Shown here: positions 36,204-48,697 of the stretch, one piece after another
Layout: every line of letters begins with the position of its first letter
How positions within the stretch are numbered: the first letter of the stretch is position 1
From: Squalus acanthias
Lineage: Eukaryota
NCBI GenBank assembly: GCA_030390025.1
Contig: CM059431.1
Location: forward strand, 102,364,001-102,428,000
Reading direction: 5' to 3'
Length of the DNA: 64,000 bases
Position numbers and translations under genes: made by a program
Notes under the pieces: generated by a model
Told to the model about the DNA's origin: nothing
Database searches by the model: none
The model's input: the letters and a program-made list of their open reading frames with translations, nothing else

Positions 36204-39080
36204 TAAGAACATAAGAACATAAGAAATAGGAGCAGGAATAGGCCACTTGGCCCCTCGAGCCTGCTCCGCCATTCAATAAGATCATGGCTGATCTTGGGCT
36301 CAAAGCCACTTCCCGCCCGCTCCCCATAACCCTTCACTCCCTTATCTTGCAAAAATTTGTCTAAATACATTTAAAGTGGAGATAATGACCCAGCCTCCAC
36401 AGCTCTCTGGGGCAAAGAATTCCACAAATTTACGACCCTCTGAGAGAAGAAGTTCCTCCTCATCTCAGTTCTAAAAGGGCGACCCTTTATTCTGAGACTG
36501 TGCCCCCGAGTTCTAGATTTCCCCACGAGGGGAAACATCCTCTCTGCATCTACCCTGTCGAGCCCCCTCAGTATCTTATATGTTTCGATAAGATCACCTC
36601 TCATTCTTCTAAATTCCAATGAGTAGAGGCCCAGCCTGCTCAACCTTTCCTCATAAGTCAACCCCCTCATCTCTGGAATTAACCTAGTGAATCGTCTCTG
36701 AACTGCTGCCAATGCAAGTAAATCCTTCCTTAAATAAGGAGACCAAAACTGTACGCAGTACTCAAGGTGTGGTCTCACCAATACCTTGTACAGTTGTAGC
36801 AGGACTTCCCTGCTTTTATACTCCAACCCCCTTGAAATAAAGGCCAACATTCCATTTGCCTTTTTGATTACTTGCTGTACCTGCATGCTAACTTTTTGTG
36901 TTTCATGCACAAGGACCCCCAGGTCCCTCTGAACTGTAGCATTTTGTAATCTCTCTCCATTTAAATAATAGTTTGCTTTTTTATTTTTCCTGCCAAAGTG
37001 AATAACCTCGCACTTTCCCACACTATACTCCATCTGCCAAATGTTTGCCCACTCACCTAGCCTGTCTATATCCCTTTGCAGGTTCTGAGTCCTCTGCACA
37101 ACTTGCTTTCCCACCCATCTTTGTATCATCTGCAAACTTGGCTACATTACACTCAATCCCTTCATCCAAGTCATTAATGTAGATTGTAAATAGTTGGGGC
37201 ACCCCACTAGTTACCGTTTGCCAACCAGAAAATGACCCATTTATCCCGACTCTCTGCTTTCTGTTAGTTAGCCAATTCTCTATCCATGCTAATATATTAC
37301 TAAAACCTCCGTGAGCTCTTATCTTATGCAGTAACCTTTTATGTGGCACCTTATCGAATGCCTTCTGGAAATCCAAATACACCACATCCACTGGCTCACT
37401 CTTGTCCACCCTGCTTGTTACATCCTCAAAGAACTCCAGCAAATTTGTTAAACATGATTTCCCTTTCCTAAAACCATGCTGACTCTGTTTGACTGCAGTA
37501 TGTTTTTCTAAATGCCCTGCTACTGCTTCCTTAATGAAGGACTCCAGCATTTTCCCAACGACAGATGTTAGGCTAACTGGTCTATAGTTTCCTGCTTTCT
37601 GTCTCCCTCCTTTCTTAAATAAGGATTAGCGGTTTTCCAATCCGCTGGGACCTCTCCAGAGTCCAGGGAATTTTGGTATATTGCAACTAATGCATCCACT
37701 ATCTCTGCAGCCACTTCTTTTAAGACCCTGGGATGCAGGCCATCTGGTCCAGGGGACTTGTCGTCTTTTAGTCCCATTATTTTACCGAGTACTATTTCCT
37801 TAGTGATAGTGATTGTCTTTAGTTCCCCACTCCCTGTGGCCCCTAGATTATCCATTTTTGGGATGTTGTTAGTGTCTTCTACAGTGAAGACAGATGCAAA
37901 ATATTTGTTCAGAGTCTCTGCCATTTCCCCGTTCCCCATTATTAATTCCCCAGTCTCATCCTCTAAGGGACCAACGTTTACTTTAGCTACCCTCTTCCTT
38001 TTTATATACAGCTGTAGAAGCTCTTACTATCTGTTTTAATGTTTCTTGCCAGCTTACTCTCATAATTCATCTTCTCTCTCTTTATTATTTTTTTAGTCAT
38101 CCTTTGCTGGTTTTTAAAAATTGTATGCCTTCGTTTTCAATTTGATACCATCCTTTACTTCCTTAGTTAGCCACGGATGGTGCTCCCTTCTCTTAAAATC
38201 TTTCTTTCTCACTGGAATATATTTTTGTTGAGAGTTATGAAATATCTCCTTAAATGTCTGCCACTGCATTTCAACTTTCTTACCCTTAAATTTGTTTTTC
38301 CAGTCCACTTTAGCCAGTTCTGCCCTCATGCCATTATAATTGCCTTTGTTTAAGATCAGGACACTGGTTTGGGATACAACTTTCTCACCCTCCAACTGAA
38401 TTTGAAATTCAACCATGCTATGACCACTCTTTCCTAGAGGATCCTTTACTATGAGATCATTTATTAATTCTGTCTCATTACATAGTACCAGATCCAAGAT
38501 AGCCTGCTCCCTGGTTGGTTCCATTACATACTGTTCTAGGAAAACATCCCGGATGCACTCTATGAACTCCTCCTCCAGGCTACCATGGCCAATTTGATCT
38601 GTCCAATCAATATGGAGATTAAAATCACCCATGATTATTACCGTACCTTTTTTACAGGCCTCCATTATTTGTTGATTCTTACTCTGTCCAACAGCATTGC
38701 TACTGTTCTGGGGCCTGTAGACTACGCCCACCAGAGACTTTTTCCCCTTATTATTTTTTATCTCCACCCAAACCGATTCTACATCTTGATCTTCTGAGCC
38801 AATGTCACTTCTCACCACTGCACTGATCCCATCTTTTACCAACAAAGCCACCCCACCTCCCTTTCCTTTCTTTCTATCCTGCCAAATTATCATATACCCT
38901 GGAATATTCAGTTCCCAGCCCTGGTCACCTTGCAGCCACGTCTCTGTAATGGCGATCAGATCATACCCATTTGTATCTATTTGTGCCGTCAACTCATTTA
39001 TCTTGTTATGAATGCTGCATGCATTCAGATATAGAGCTTTTAACTTTGTCTTTTTACCATTTTTCCTTGTTTTGGCCTTT
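36204..39080 (-). mobile_element. CR1 LINE with near-complete, frameshifted ORF2 (APE endonuclease + RT)
   Basis: LYLNACSI, IAITETWL, GVVYRP, IMGDFN, ILDLVL (APE); QHGF..KSCLTNL, YLDFQKAFDKVPH, KFADD (RT); (taagaaca)n tail. Confidence 0.95.
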
Positions 39081-39530
39081 TTGAACTCGATGTTAAGTCC
39101 AGAAGGCTGTAAAGTGCCTAATAGAAAGATGAGGTGCTGTTCCTCGAGCTTACGTTGAGCTTCATTGGAACAATGTAAGAGGCCGAGGACGGAGAGGTCA
39201 GAGTGGGAGTGGAGCGGAGAATTAAAGTGACAGGCGACCGGAAGCTCGGGGTCACGCTTGTGGACTGAACGGAGGTGTTCTGCAAAGCGGTCACCCAATC
39301 TGCGTTTGGTCTCCCCAATGTAGAGGAGGCCACTTCCCATGCAAGCGCAGGAGATGCAACACCTGCCCTTTCACCTCCTCCCTTCCCACCGTCCAGGGCC
39401 CCAAACACTCCTTCTAGTGAAAGAGCGATTTACTTGTACTTCTTACAATTTACTATACTGTATTCGCTGCTCACGTTGACTCTGTCTCTATCTTCGATGC
39501 TGCCTGACCTGCTGAGTGTTTCCAGCACAA
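39081..39530 (-). mobile_element. Penelope-like GIY-YIG endonuclease remnant with inverted 5' part (39334-39530 on +)
   Basis: Minus: GLLYIGETKRRLGDRFAEHLRSV...HFNSPLHS...LEEQHLIFLLGTLQPSGLNIEF. Plus: PCKRRRCNTCP...FTCTSYNLLYCIRCSR. Confidence 0.85.
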
Positions 39531-40487
39531 TCTGTTTTACATGTTGATTGAGGGATAAATATTGGCCAGGACACCGGGGATAACTCCCCTGCTCTTCTTC
39601 GCCATGGGATCTTTTACGTCCACTTGAGAGAGCTCGGTTTAACATCGCATCCAAAAGACGGCGCCTCCGACAGTGCAGTGCTAGTGTCAGCCTGGATTTG
39701 TGCTCAAGTCCCTGGAGTGGGACTCGAACCCACAACCTTCTGACAAGTGACGCTTTGTTAATTTTCTCTTTCTTTACACGGCTATTTTCTACTTTCATTA
39801 TTCACCAATCACATAATCTTTCTTCCCACTCTCAATTTTCTCCGCAATGAATGTCAACCAGAAATAATTCTTCACAAGCACATTCTGGCAAAAGAAAATT
39901 CTCTGGAGATAAAAAGACACCCATTTCATTATAGACCCAGAAAAATAAAATTCTGAACAAAAATTCAAGAGAAAAGAAATGGCATGTTATCCATGATGAT
40001 ACCCAGCCCAGCTTCCAATCTTTCCCTTCAATACCCACGCCAAACAAGTGATGTTGCTATTGGGAGTGGTGGAGGAGTCCAGACTGGGGCGGCCCCAGGG
40101 CTCACTGTCTGGACCACTACTGGATCTAATTTACCGCAATGATTTGAATTCAGAAACAAAGTAACTGGTCAAGTTTACAGATGGTACGAAATTAGAAAGG
40201 GCAGCAGGAAATCGGATGAGGCAGCTCAGAAATTCCAGAGGAAGACGGACAAAATATGTAAGCAGGCTCCGAGGGCAGCAGGCAAGTGTAAAGTAGCGGA
40301 GCTTGAACCCACAACCTTCTGACTGAGAGGACAGAGTCAAGCCCTGAGCCATTCTGACACTGTACATCAGGGTGTGCTAATCTCTGGCCTGATTCTCCAA
40401 TCTGGCAAGCTAGGCTTAGCGCTGGGAACCTCACGTCATAAAATACCCCTTCTAAAGAGCCAGAAATAGCTGATGAGCATGAGGAAC

Positions 40488-40845
40488 GTGGCTGCAGTGT
40501 GTACCATCTACAAGATCCACTGCAGCAACTCGCCAAGGCTTCTTCGGCAGCACCTCCCAAACCCGCGACCTCAGCCGCCTAGCAGCAGGCGCATGGGGAC
40601 ACCACCACCTCCAAGTTCCCCTCCAAGTCACACACCACACTGACTTGGAAAGATATCGGCCGATCCTTCATCGTCGCTGGGTCAAAATCCTGGAACTCCC
40701 TCCCTAACAGCACTGTGGGAGCACCTTCACCACACGGGACTGCAGCGGTTCAAGAAGGCGGCTCATCACCACCTTCTCAAGGGGCAACTAGGGATGGGCA
40801 ATAAATGCCGGCCTTGCCAGCGACGCCCACATCCCAAGAATCATT
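40488..40845 (+). mobile_element. CR1-type (second family) 3' end
   Basis: Matches 56680-57178. Confidence 0.8.
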
Positions 40846-41412
40846 TTATTTAAATGACAGTGTGAGCATTGGTTATAAATCACCACTAATCAGGCCACAG
40901 AACAAACACAGAAGAGGGGATCTCTATCACTATGACTCAAAGACACAACAACAAATCAAAAAGGTACCAAAGGATTCCGACAAAGCCACTGGGCAGCGGC
41001 AAAGTGCTCCCTTACAGTCCTGCTTCCTATTGTCAACGTAAATAGGAAAATAACAACGCAAGCGGCAGGACAACAATTGATTTTCTTGTCTTCCAACCTT
41101 TGAAACGTTCAGCAAAAAGTGTTAGAGGGCACATCAGCAATAACAACAGGCGCAATTGGGTAATGAGCTGAAAACGGGCAGTCGGAAGTCTGTACAACTC
41201 ACCCATATTGCAAAGAAATGATCAATTAGAAGATCACTGGCCATAAACCGCAGTAAGCAAGTCGTGCCACAAACAATACCAATTAATATAAACCAAAGTA
41301 CACAAGCAATAGATGTCGCCCTTAAGTAAAGAGCGTGTGTGGGAGGGGAGGGATGAGAGTTCCAGCCCTCGAGGGTCTGTTTCTTGCGCTTATTCGAAAA
41401 GGTAAATCTTAC

Positions 41413-41595
41413 CGAAATTTCATACACTTCCTGGGTGTCGTCAAGCAGCTGGACCTTGATGGGGACAAGTTTGCCGGAGGGCGAGCTGGGAGGTCGCTGG
41501 CCAGGTTCCAAGGTGCTGATCCCGGTGCTATCCTGTCCTCCCAGCCGGGCGCCAGGAGTCTGAAGCGAGTGGTGTGTCAGCTCCACATCCGCCAT
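41413..41595 (-). CDS. FARP1: First coding exon (61 codons) of a FERM, ARH/RhoGEF and pleckstrin domain protein; whole exon including 5' UTR part is 41413-41621
   Basis: Translation MADVELTHHSLQTPGARLGGQDSTGISTLEPGQRPPSSPSGKLVPIKVQLLDDTQEVYEIS resembles the recalled FARP1 N-terminus (RLG...GISTLE.GQ.PP..PSGKLV.IK.Q.LDDTQE) leading into the FERM domain. Polypyrimidine acceptor tttccttctttcttttcag ends at 41622; phase-0 donor TCG|gtaag at 41412. FARP2 is less likely but not excluded. Confidence 0.88.
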
Positions 41596-41690
41596 ATTTA
41601 TAGTTACGCTGGCCCGCTACGCTGAAAAGAAAGAAGGAAAAGTAAGAAATACGGAAAACCACGGATAATTGAAATGAAGTTTAATATTAG

Positions 41691-42170
41691 TGTCAGCCGT
41701 GGCTCAGTGGGCAGCACACTCGCCTCTGAGTCAGAAGGTTGTGGGTTCAAGTCCCACTCCAGGGACTCGAGCACATAAAGCTAGGCCGACACTCCCAGTG
41801 CAGTGCTGAGGGAGTGCTGCACTGTCGGAGGTGCCGTCTTTCAGATGAGACGTTAAGCCGAGGCCCCCGTCTGCTCTCTCGGGTGGACGTAAAAGATCCC
41901 ATGGCTGCTATTTCGAAGAAGAGTAGGGGCGTTATCCCCGGTGTCTTGGCCAATATTTATCCCTCAACCAACATAACAAAAACAGATTATCTGGTCATTA
42001 TCAGATTGCTGTTTGTGGGAGCTTCCTGTACGCAACTTGGCTGCCGCGTTTCCCACATTACAACAGTGACCACACTTTTAAAAAAAAGTACTTCATTGGC
42101 TGTAAAGCGCTTTGAGACGTCCGGTGGTCATGAAAGGCGCTATAGAAATGCAAGTCTTTCTTTCTTTTTT
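41691..42170 (+). mobile_element. DeuSINE, full length, ~70 bp from the FARP1 exon acceptor
   Basis: A box tggctcagtgg, B box ggttcaagtccc, Deu-like core and tail. Confidence 0.9.
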
Positions 42171-42321
42171 CTTTATATAAACACAATGTATTTTTCTATT
42201 GATATCTGTTGCAGCCTCCAGCATGCACAACGGAGGAGTCCCTCTACACTCAGGTCATATATAATCGGCTAAGGCTTAAGTTCAAGTGAAATTTCAAACG
42301 TGTTTTCGCTGGACGGCCTTG

Positions 42322-42708
42322 CACAGCACAGAAACAGGCCATTCGGCCCAACTGGTCCGTGCCGGTGTTTATGCTGCACACCAGCCTCCACCCAGCCCTC
42401 TTCATCTCACCCTATCAGCATAACCTTCTATTCCTTTCTCCCTCATGTGTTTAGCTAGCTTCCCCTTAAATGCATCTATGCAAATCGCCTCAACCACTCC
42501 CTGTGGTAGCGAGTTCCACATTCTCACCGCTCTCTGGGTAAAGAAGTTTCTCCTGAATTCCCTATTGGATTTATTAGTGACTATCATATATTTATGGCCC
42601 CTAGTTCTGGTCTCTCCCACAAGTGGAAACATCTTCTCTACGTCTACCCTATCGAAACCCTTAATTAATTTTTAAGACCTCCATCAGGTCACCTCTCAGC
42701 CTTCTCCA
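42322..42708 (-). mobile_element. CR1 3' fragment
   Basis: MFPLVGETRTRGH...RRNFFTQRAVRMWNSLP. Confidence 0.85.
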
Positions 42709-42967
42709 CGTCAGATCAGCTTATATTTTAGTCTCTTTGCAGAAAACCAAAATGTCATATTGTCCGATGAGAAAATGTAGCGGGCTGAAAGGGTTAAATT
42801 ACGAGGACAGTTTGTATTCCCTTGAGTATAGAAGATTAAGGGGTGAGATGATTGAGGTGTTTAACAACAACTTGTATTTATACAGCGCCTTTAACGTAGT
42901 AAAACGTCCCAAGGTTCTTCACAGGAGACAATATTTGACACCGAGCCACACTTTATTTTATTCGTTC

Positions 42968-43500
42968 CGGCGATGGTAATGCCGTTGAATGTCAAGGGGC
43001 GGTGGTTAGACTCTCTCTTGTTGGAGATAGTCATTGCCTGGCACTTGTGTGGCACGAATGTTACCTGCCACTTATCAGCCCAAGCCTGAATGTCGCCCAG
43101 GTCTTGCTGCATGCGGGCATGGACTGCTTCATTATCTGAGGAGTTGCGAATGGAACTGAACACTGTGCAGTCATCAGCGAACATCCCCATTTCTGACCTT
43201 ATAATGGAGGGAAGGTCATTAATGAAGCAGCTGAAGATGGTTGGGCCTAGGACACTGCCCTGAGGAACTCCTGCAGCGAATTCCTGGGGCTGAGATGACC
43301 ACAACCATTTTCCTTTGTGCTCGGTATGACTCCAGTCAGTGGAGAGTTTTCCCCCCCGATTCCCATTGACTTCAGTTTTACTCGGGCTCCTTGATGCCAC
43401 ACTCGGTCAAATGCAGCCTTGATGTCAAGGGCAGTCACTCTCACCTCACCTCTGGAATTCAGCTCTTTTGTCCACGTTTGGACCAAGCCTGTAATGAGGT
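42968..43500 (-). mobile_element. CR1-type RT internal fragment
   Basis: ALDIKAAFDRVWH, GVPQGSVLGPTIFSCFINDL, MFADD. Confidence 0.88.
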
Positions 43501-43639
43501 CCTCGTTACAACCTTGGTCCAAACATGGGGGAAAGAGCTGCGTGGACCAACAAAAAAACCTTAAACCAGCGACAGTTTACGAAGAGCACATCCAGGAATC
43601 AATGTGAATGAAACTCAGGATTTGTAACTATCCTAAATC

Positions 43640-44062
43640 ATAGATACAGCACAGAAGGAGGCCATTCGGCCCATCGTGCCTGTGCTGGCTTTGAAAGAGC
43701 TATCCAATTAATCCCACTGCTCTTTCCACAGAGTCCTGTAAATTTTCCCCTTCAAGTATTTATCCAATTTCCTTTTGAAAGTTACTATTGAATCTGCTTC
43801 CTCCGCCCTTTCAGGCAGCGCATTCCAGATCACAGCAACTCACTGCATAAAAATAAAACTCATCTCCCCTCTGGTTCTTTTGCCAATTACCTTAAATCTG
43901 TGTCCGCTGGTTACCGACCCTCCTGCTTCTGGAAACAGTTTCTCCTTATTTACTCGAACAAAACCCTGTATAATTTTGAACACCTCGATTAAATCTCCTC
44001 TTAACCTTCTCTGCTCTAAGGAGAACAATCCCAGCTTCTCCAGTCTCTCCACACAGCTGAAG
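43640..44062 (-). mobile_element. CR1 3' fragment
   Basis: ERLEKLGLFSLEQRRLRGDLIEVFK. Confidence 0.85.
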
Positions 44063-44849
44063 TAGAAATGAGAAAGATTCTGACTGGAGTTTTCTCAAAT
44101 CAAACCACAAACAAATTCAAGTATGCCTGTCCCTTAAGAAAGCACCGTGTTGGGCATGGACGGTGGGAATAGTTGAAGGCTGTCTTTGTGACAACATTTG
44201 AATCGCTGGTTTAATTTACTTAAAAAGATCAAAGTGCTTTGTTTGCTTGATTTACTTAACAGCAGAGTTCCTGTGATGTGAAAGAATTGGCTGGTGTCAT
44301 CGCTTAGATTTGCCTGTGGATCGACGCAAGCACACAGACCAGTCGTACCTTCCAGGATAAGCACCATTGTATTGGTGACGTTCTTTTCCTCAATAGTAGG
44401 TGTGTGTGACGTGTTGTTGATTTTGGAGAATCTCCACAGGCAAATGATTAACTGAAGTGCAGACTTGATGCGCGTAACAGTTTAAAAGCGTGAGTTTGAA
44501 AAGGGGACGAGAACTCTTCTGATGTCTGGTGCAGAAACAGAAGGAAAAACCCAGTTTCATTCCCTGCTTGGGGATCGATAGGTTGGCACAGAACGTTGCA
44601 GTTACATGGTACTTACAGCACAAAAACAGGCCATTCGACCCAACTGGTCCATGTTTATGCTCCACCTGAGCCTCCTCCCACCTTTCTTCATCTCACACTA
44701 TCAGCATATCCTTCTGTTCCTTTCCCCCTCATGTGTTTATCTAGCTTCCCCTTAAATGCATCTACGCTATTCACCTCAACCACTCCCCATGGTGGCAATT
44801 TCCACATTCTCACCGCTCTCTGGGTAAAGAAGGTTCTCCTAAATTCACT

Positions 44850-45362
44850 CTCTCTCTTAGGCAGTCCCTCGGAACCGAGGATGACTTGCTTTCACATTAA
44901 AAATGAGTTCTCAGGTGAGTGATGAGTCTAATGCGGGACCTACAGTCTCTGTCACAGGTGGGGCAGACGGTGGTTGAAGGGGCGGGTGGGTGGGGTGCTT
45001 GGGTTGACGTATGCTCCTTGCGCTGGGCTACCGCTTGCTCCCGGCGAAGAGACTCGAGGTGTTCGGCGCCTTCCCGGATGTTTCTCCTCCACTTTGTGCG
45101 GTCTTGGGCCAGGGATTCCCAGGTGTCAGTGGGGATGTTGCACTTTTTCAAGGAGGCTTTGAGGGTGTCCTTGAAGCGTTTCCTCTGCCCACCTGGGGCT
45201 CTGTTGCTGTGTCGGAGCTCCGAGTAGAGCGCTTGTTTTGGGAGTCTCGTATCGGGCATGGCAGGATAGGCGAACCGATGTCAGTGTTCTCGCTCAGGCC
45301 AACATCCCCAGCATCGAAGCTTTGACCACGCTCGATCAGCTCCGATGGACGGGTCACATCGT
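44850..45362 (-). mobile_element. RTE LINE 3' fragment with inverted 5' segment, inserted in a CR1 tail
   Basis: 44850-45259 (minus) matches 709-1130; 45260-45362 (plus) matches 602-706; TSD tcctaaattcact. Confidence 0.88.
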
Positions 45363-45424
45363 CCTAAATTCACTATTGGATTTATTAGTGACTATTTTAC
45401 ATTTATGGCCCCTACTTCTGGTCA

Positions 45425-45860
45425 CAACAACAACTACTTGTATTTATATAGCGCCTTTAATGTAGTAAAACGTCCCAAGGAGCTTCACAGGAGTGTTATA
45501 AAAGAAAATTTGACACCGAGCCACACATGGAGATATCAGGACAGGTAAAGCGATTGGTTTTAAGGAGCATCTTAAAGGAGCAGAGAGGTGTTTAGGGAGG
45601 GAATTCCAGAGCTTAGGACCTCAGCAGCTGAAGGCACGGCCGCCAATGGTGGAGCGACAGAAATCGGGGAGGCGCAAGAGGCCAGAATTGGAGGAGCGCA
45701 GAGATCTCGGAGGGCTGTAGGGGGTTACAGAGATAGGGAGGGGGTGAGGCTATGGAGGGATTTGAAAACAAGGATGAGAATTTTAAAATCGAGGCGTTGC
45801 CGGATCGGGAGCCAGTGTAGGTCAGCGAGCAGAGGGGGGGGGGGGGTGATGGGTGAGCGG
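45425..45860 (-). mobile_element. L2-like LINE 3' end
   Basis: (caa)n tail; same family as other L2 ends. Confidence 0.8.
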
Positions 45861-46034
45861 GTCTTGCCCACAAGTGGAACATATTGCGAGAGGACAGAAA
45901 TGTAATAGCTGTGATTTCAAAGAGTGTATGGTCGCATAGTGCAAGGCTATGCTAAATGCTAATGGTGTAACCGTTAACCCCTCAGGCAAAGACAGAGTAT
46001 AGAAAAGGTTACAGCTTCCAGATTGTGGAAGACA

Positions 46035-46490
46035 AAGAAAGACTCGAATTTCTATAGCGCCTTTCACCACCTCAGGACGTCCCAAAGCACTTTACAGCCA
46101 ATTAAGTAATTTTTGAAGTGGAATCACTGTTGTAATGTAGAAAACGCACCAATTTGCGCACAGCAAGCTCCCACAAACAGCAATGTGATAATTACCAGAT
46201 AATCTGTTTTTGTTATGTTGATTGAGGGATAAATATTGGCCCAGGACACCGGGGAGAACTCCCCTGCTCTTCTTCGAAATAGTGCCGTGGGATCTTTTAA
46301 GTCCACCTGAGAGAGCAGACGGGGCCTCGGTTTAACGTCTCATCCGAAAGACGGCACCTCCGACAGTGCAGCACTCCATCAGCACTGCACTGGGAGCGTT
46401 GGCCTAGATTTTGTGCTCAAGTCTCTGGAGTGGGACTTGAAGCTTCTTCCTCAGAGACAACAGTGCTACCCACTGAGCCACAGCTGACAC
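46035..46490 (-). mobile_element. DeuSINE
   Basis: Similarity to other copies. Confidence 0.85.
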
Positions 46491-47474
46491 AGATTGGAGA
46501 AGACAAGGCCTACTTATACAAACTGCTGTTGAGAGAGAAGATTGCTGAGAATGAACAATGATAATTTGGCGATAACGAGGAGAACATTAATGTGTTCCCA
46601 TGTTTCTCAGTTGTACCACCCTAACCACTCCTGGGGATTCAAACAGGCACCATCCTTGTCCGTACAACTCAGGTCTACACTGCATAGTGCCTCTCTGTAA
46701 CAACTCGCCAAGGCTTCTTCGACAGCACCTCCCAAACCTATGATCTCATTGACCTCGATGGACAAGGGCAGCAGGTGCATGGGAACACCACCACCTCCAA
46801 GTTGCCCTCCAAGTCACACACCATCCTGACTTGGAAAGATATCGGCCGTTCCTTCATCGTTGCTGGGTCAAAATCCTGGAACTCCCTCCCTAATAGCACT
46901 GTGGGAGCACCTTCACCACACGGACTGCAGCGGTTCAAGAAGGCGGCTCACCACCACATTCTCAAGGGCAACTAGGGATGGGCAATAAATGCCAGCATTG
47001 CCAGCGATGCCCACATCCCAAGAATTCATTAAAAAATTCCAAATGAGAATTAGGAGAGTCCTCTTTAATATTTTCAGTGGGTAATTAATATATCAAAATA
47101 ATCTGTACCGACTTATTAAAAAAATACGATATTTTCAGAGATTAAAAACTGCCATTTCACATTCTTGAAATAACTTGTGCTTGAGTATGGTATCCAGGCA
47201 AATGAAAAGAAAACTTCAATGCTCTATCTATAGTGCCTAACTGCTCTAAAGTGGTTTTCATTGTACCATTATCTGATCTACTTACTGAAAGTCCCAATCT
47301 ACTCACCAACTTGTTGATAGAGTGTCTGAAATTGATATACAATCAGTGTTCAGCTGCCCGGGCCCCAAGCTCTGGAATTCCCTCCCTAAACCTCTCCGCC
47401 TCCACACCTCTCTCTCTCCTTAAAACCTTACCTCTCGGACCAAGCTTTTGGTCATTTGCCCTAATATCTCTTTA

Positions 47475-48425
47475 TGTAGATATTGGGGCAAATAGAATAC
47501 AGAGTAGAATTTCTAAATTTGTCGATGACACCATACTTGGGGGTGTGGCAAACAGTGAGGATGATACTGATCGACTGCAACAGGACATAGAAAGGCTAGC
47601 AGAATGGGTAGACAAGTGGCAGATGGAATTTAATACAGAGAAGTGAGGTGATGCATTTTGGCAGAAGGAACAGGGAGAGGCAATATACACTTAATGGCAC
47701 AGTTTCACAGAGTGCACAGGGACAGAGGGACCTGGGAGTTAATGTGCATAGGTCCCTGAAGGTGGCGGGATATATTGAGAGAGTGGTTAGCAAAGCATAT
47801 GGGATCTTGGGCTTCATAAATAGAAGTATTGAGTACAAAAGTAGAGAAGTTATGCTGAACCTTTATAAAGCGCTGGTTAGGCCACAACTGGAGTATTGCG
47901 TCCAGTTCTGGTCACCACACTTTAGGAAGGATGTGAAGGCACTTGAGAGGGTGCAGAGATTTCCTAGAATGGTTTCGGGGATGGGGGATCTTAGCTACAA
48001 GGACAGGTTGGAGAAGCTGGATTTGTTTTCATGAGAGCAAAGGAGGTTGAGGGGTGATTTGATCGAGGTGAACAAGATTGTGATGGGTTTGGATTGGCTA
48101 GACAGGGAAAGGCTGTTCCCACTAGTTGATGGTACAAGGACTAGGGGACACAGATTTAAGGTTTTGGGCAAGAGATACAGGGGGATGTGAGGAAAAACTT
48201 TTTTACACAGCGAGTGGTGAGGACCTGGAATTCGCTGCCGACGGAAGTGGTGGAAGCGGACACACTCAATGTTTTCAAGGGGAGACTGGATAGGCACTTG
48301 AGGGAAATAAACTTGCAGGGCTACGGGGATAGAGCGGGGGAATGGGACTGACTGGATTGCTCTACAGAGAGCCGGCACGGACTCGATGGGCCGAATGGCC
48401 TCCTTCTGCGCCGTTATGACTTTAT
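47475..48425 (+). mobile_element. CR1 LINE RT C-terminal fragment with stops
   Basis: ISKFVDDTILGG, WQMEFN, LYKALVRPQLEYCVQFWSP. Confidence 0.9.
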
Positions 48426-48697
48426 ATTGCTCGGTGTCAAATTTTGTCTGATAACGATCCTGTGAAGAAATCTGGGACCTTTTACAACGTTAAAGGCGCT
48501 GTATAAACGCAAGGTATTGTTGTTGTTGTTGTAATACAAGGGCATCTAAGCTTTAAAGAGTAACACCTTCACGAAAAACGATTTGGGCAGAAAAAGTCAA
48601 GAATACGTGTCACTGTGAATTCAACTCACTCTCAAGATCAATCCTAACAACAAAGCAAAGCCACCCCAGCATTGCCTCAGCCTTTTAAGAACGAAAT

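Noticed and set aside
41134..41412. Extension of the FARP1 ORF to 153 aa
   Set aside because: Read-through past a canonical gtaag donor; similarity to FARP ends at the donor.
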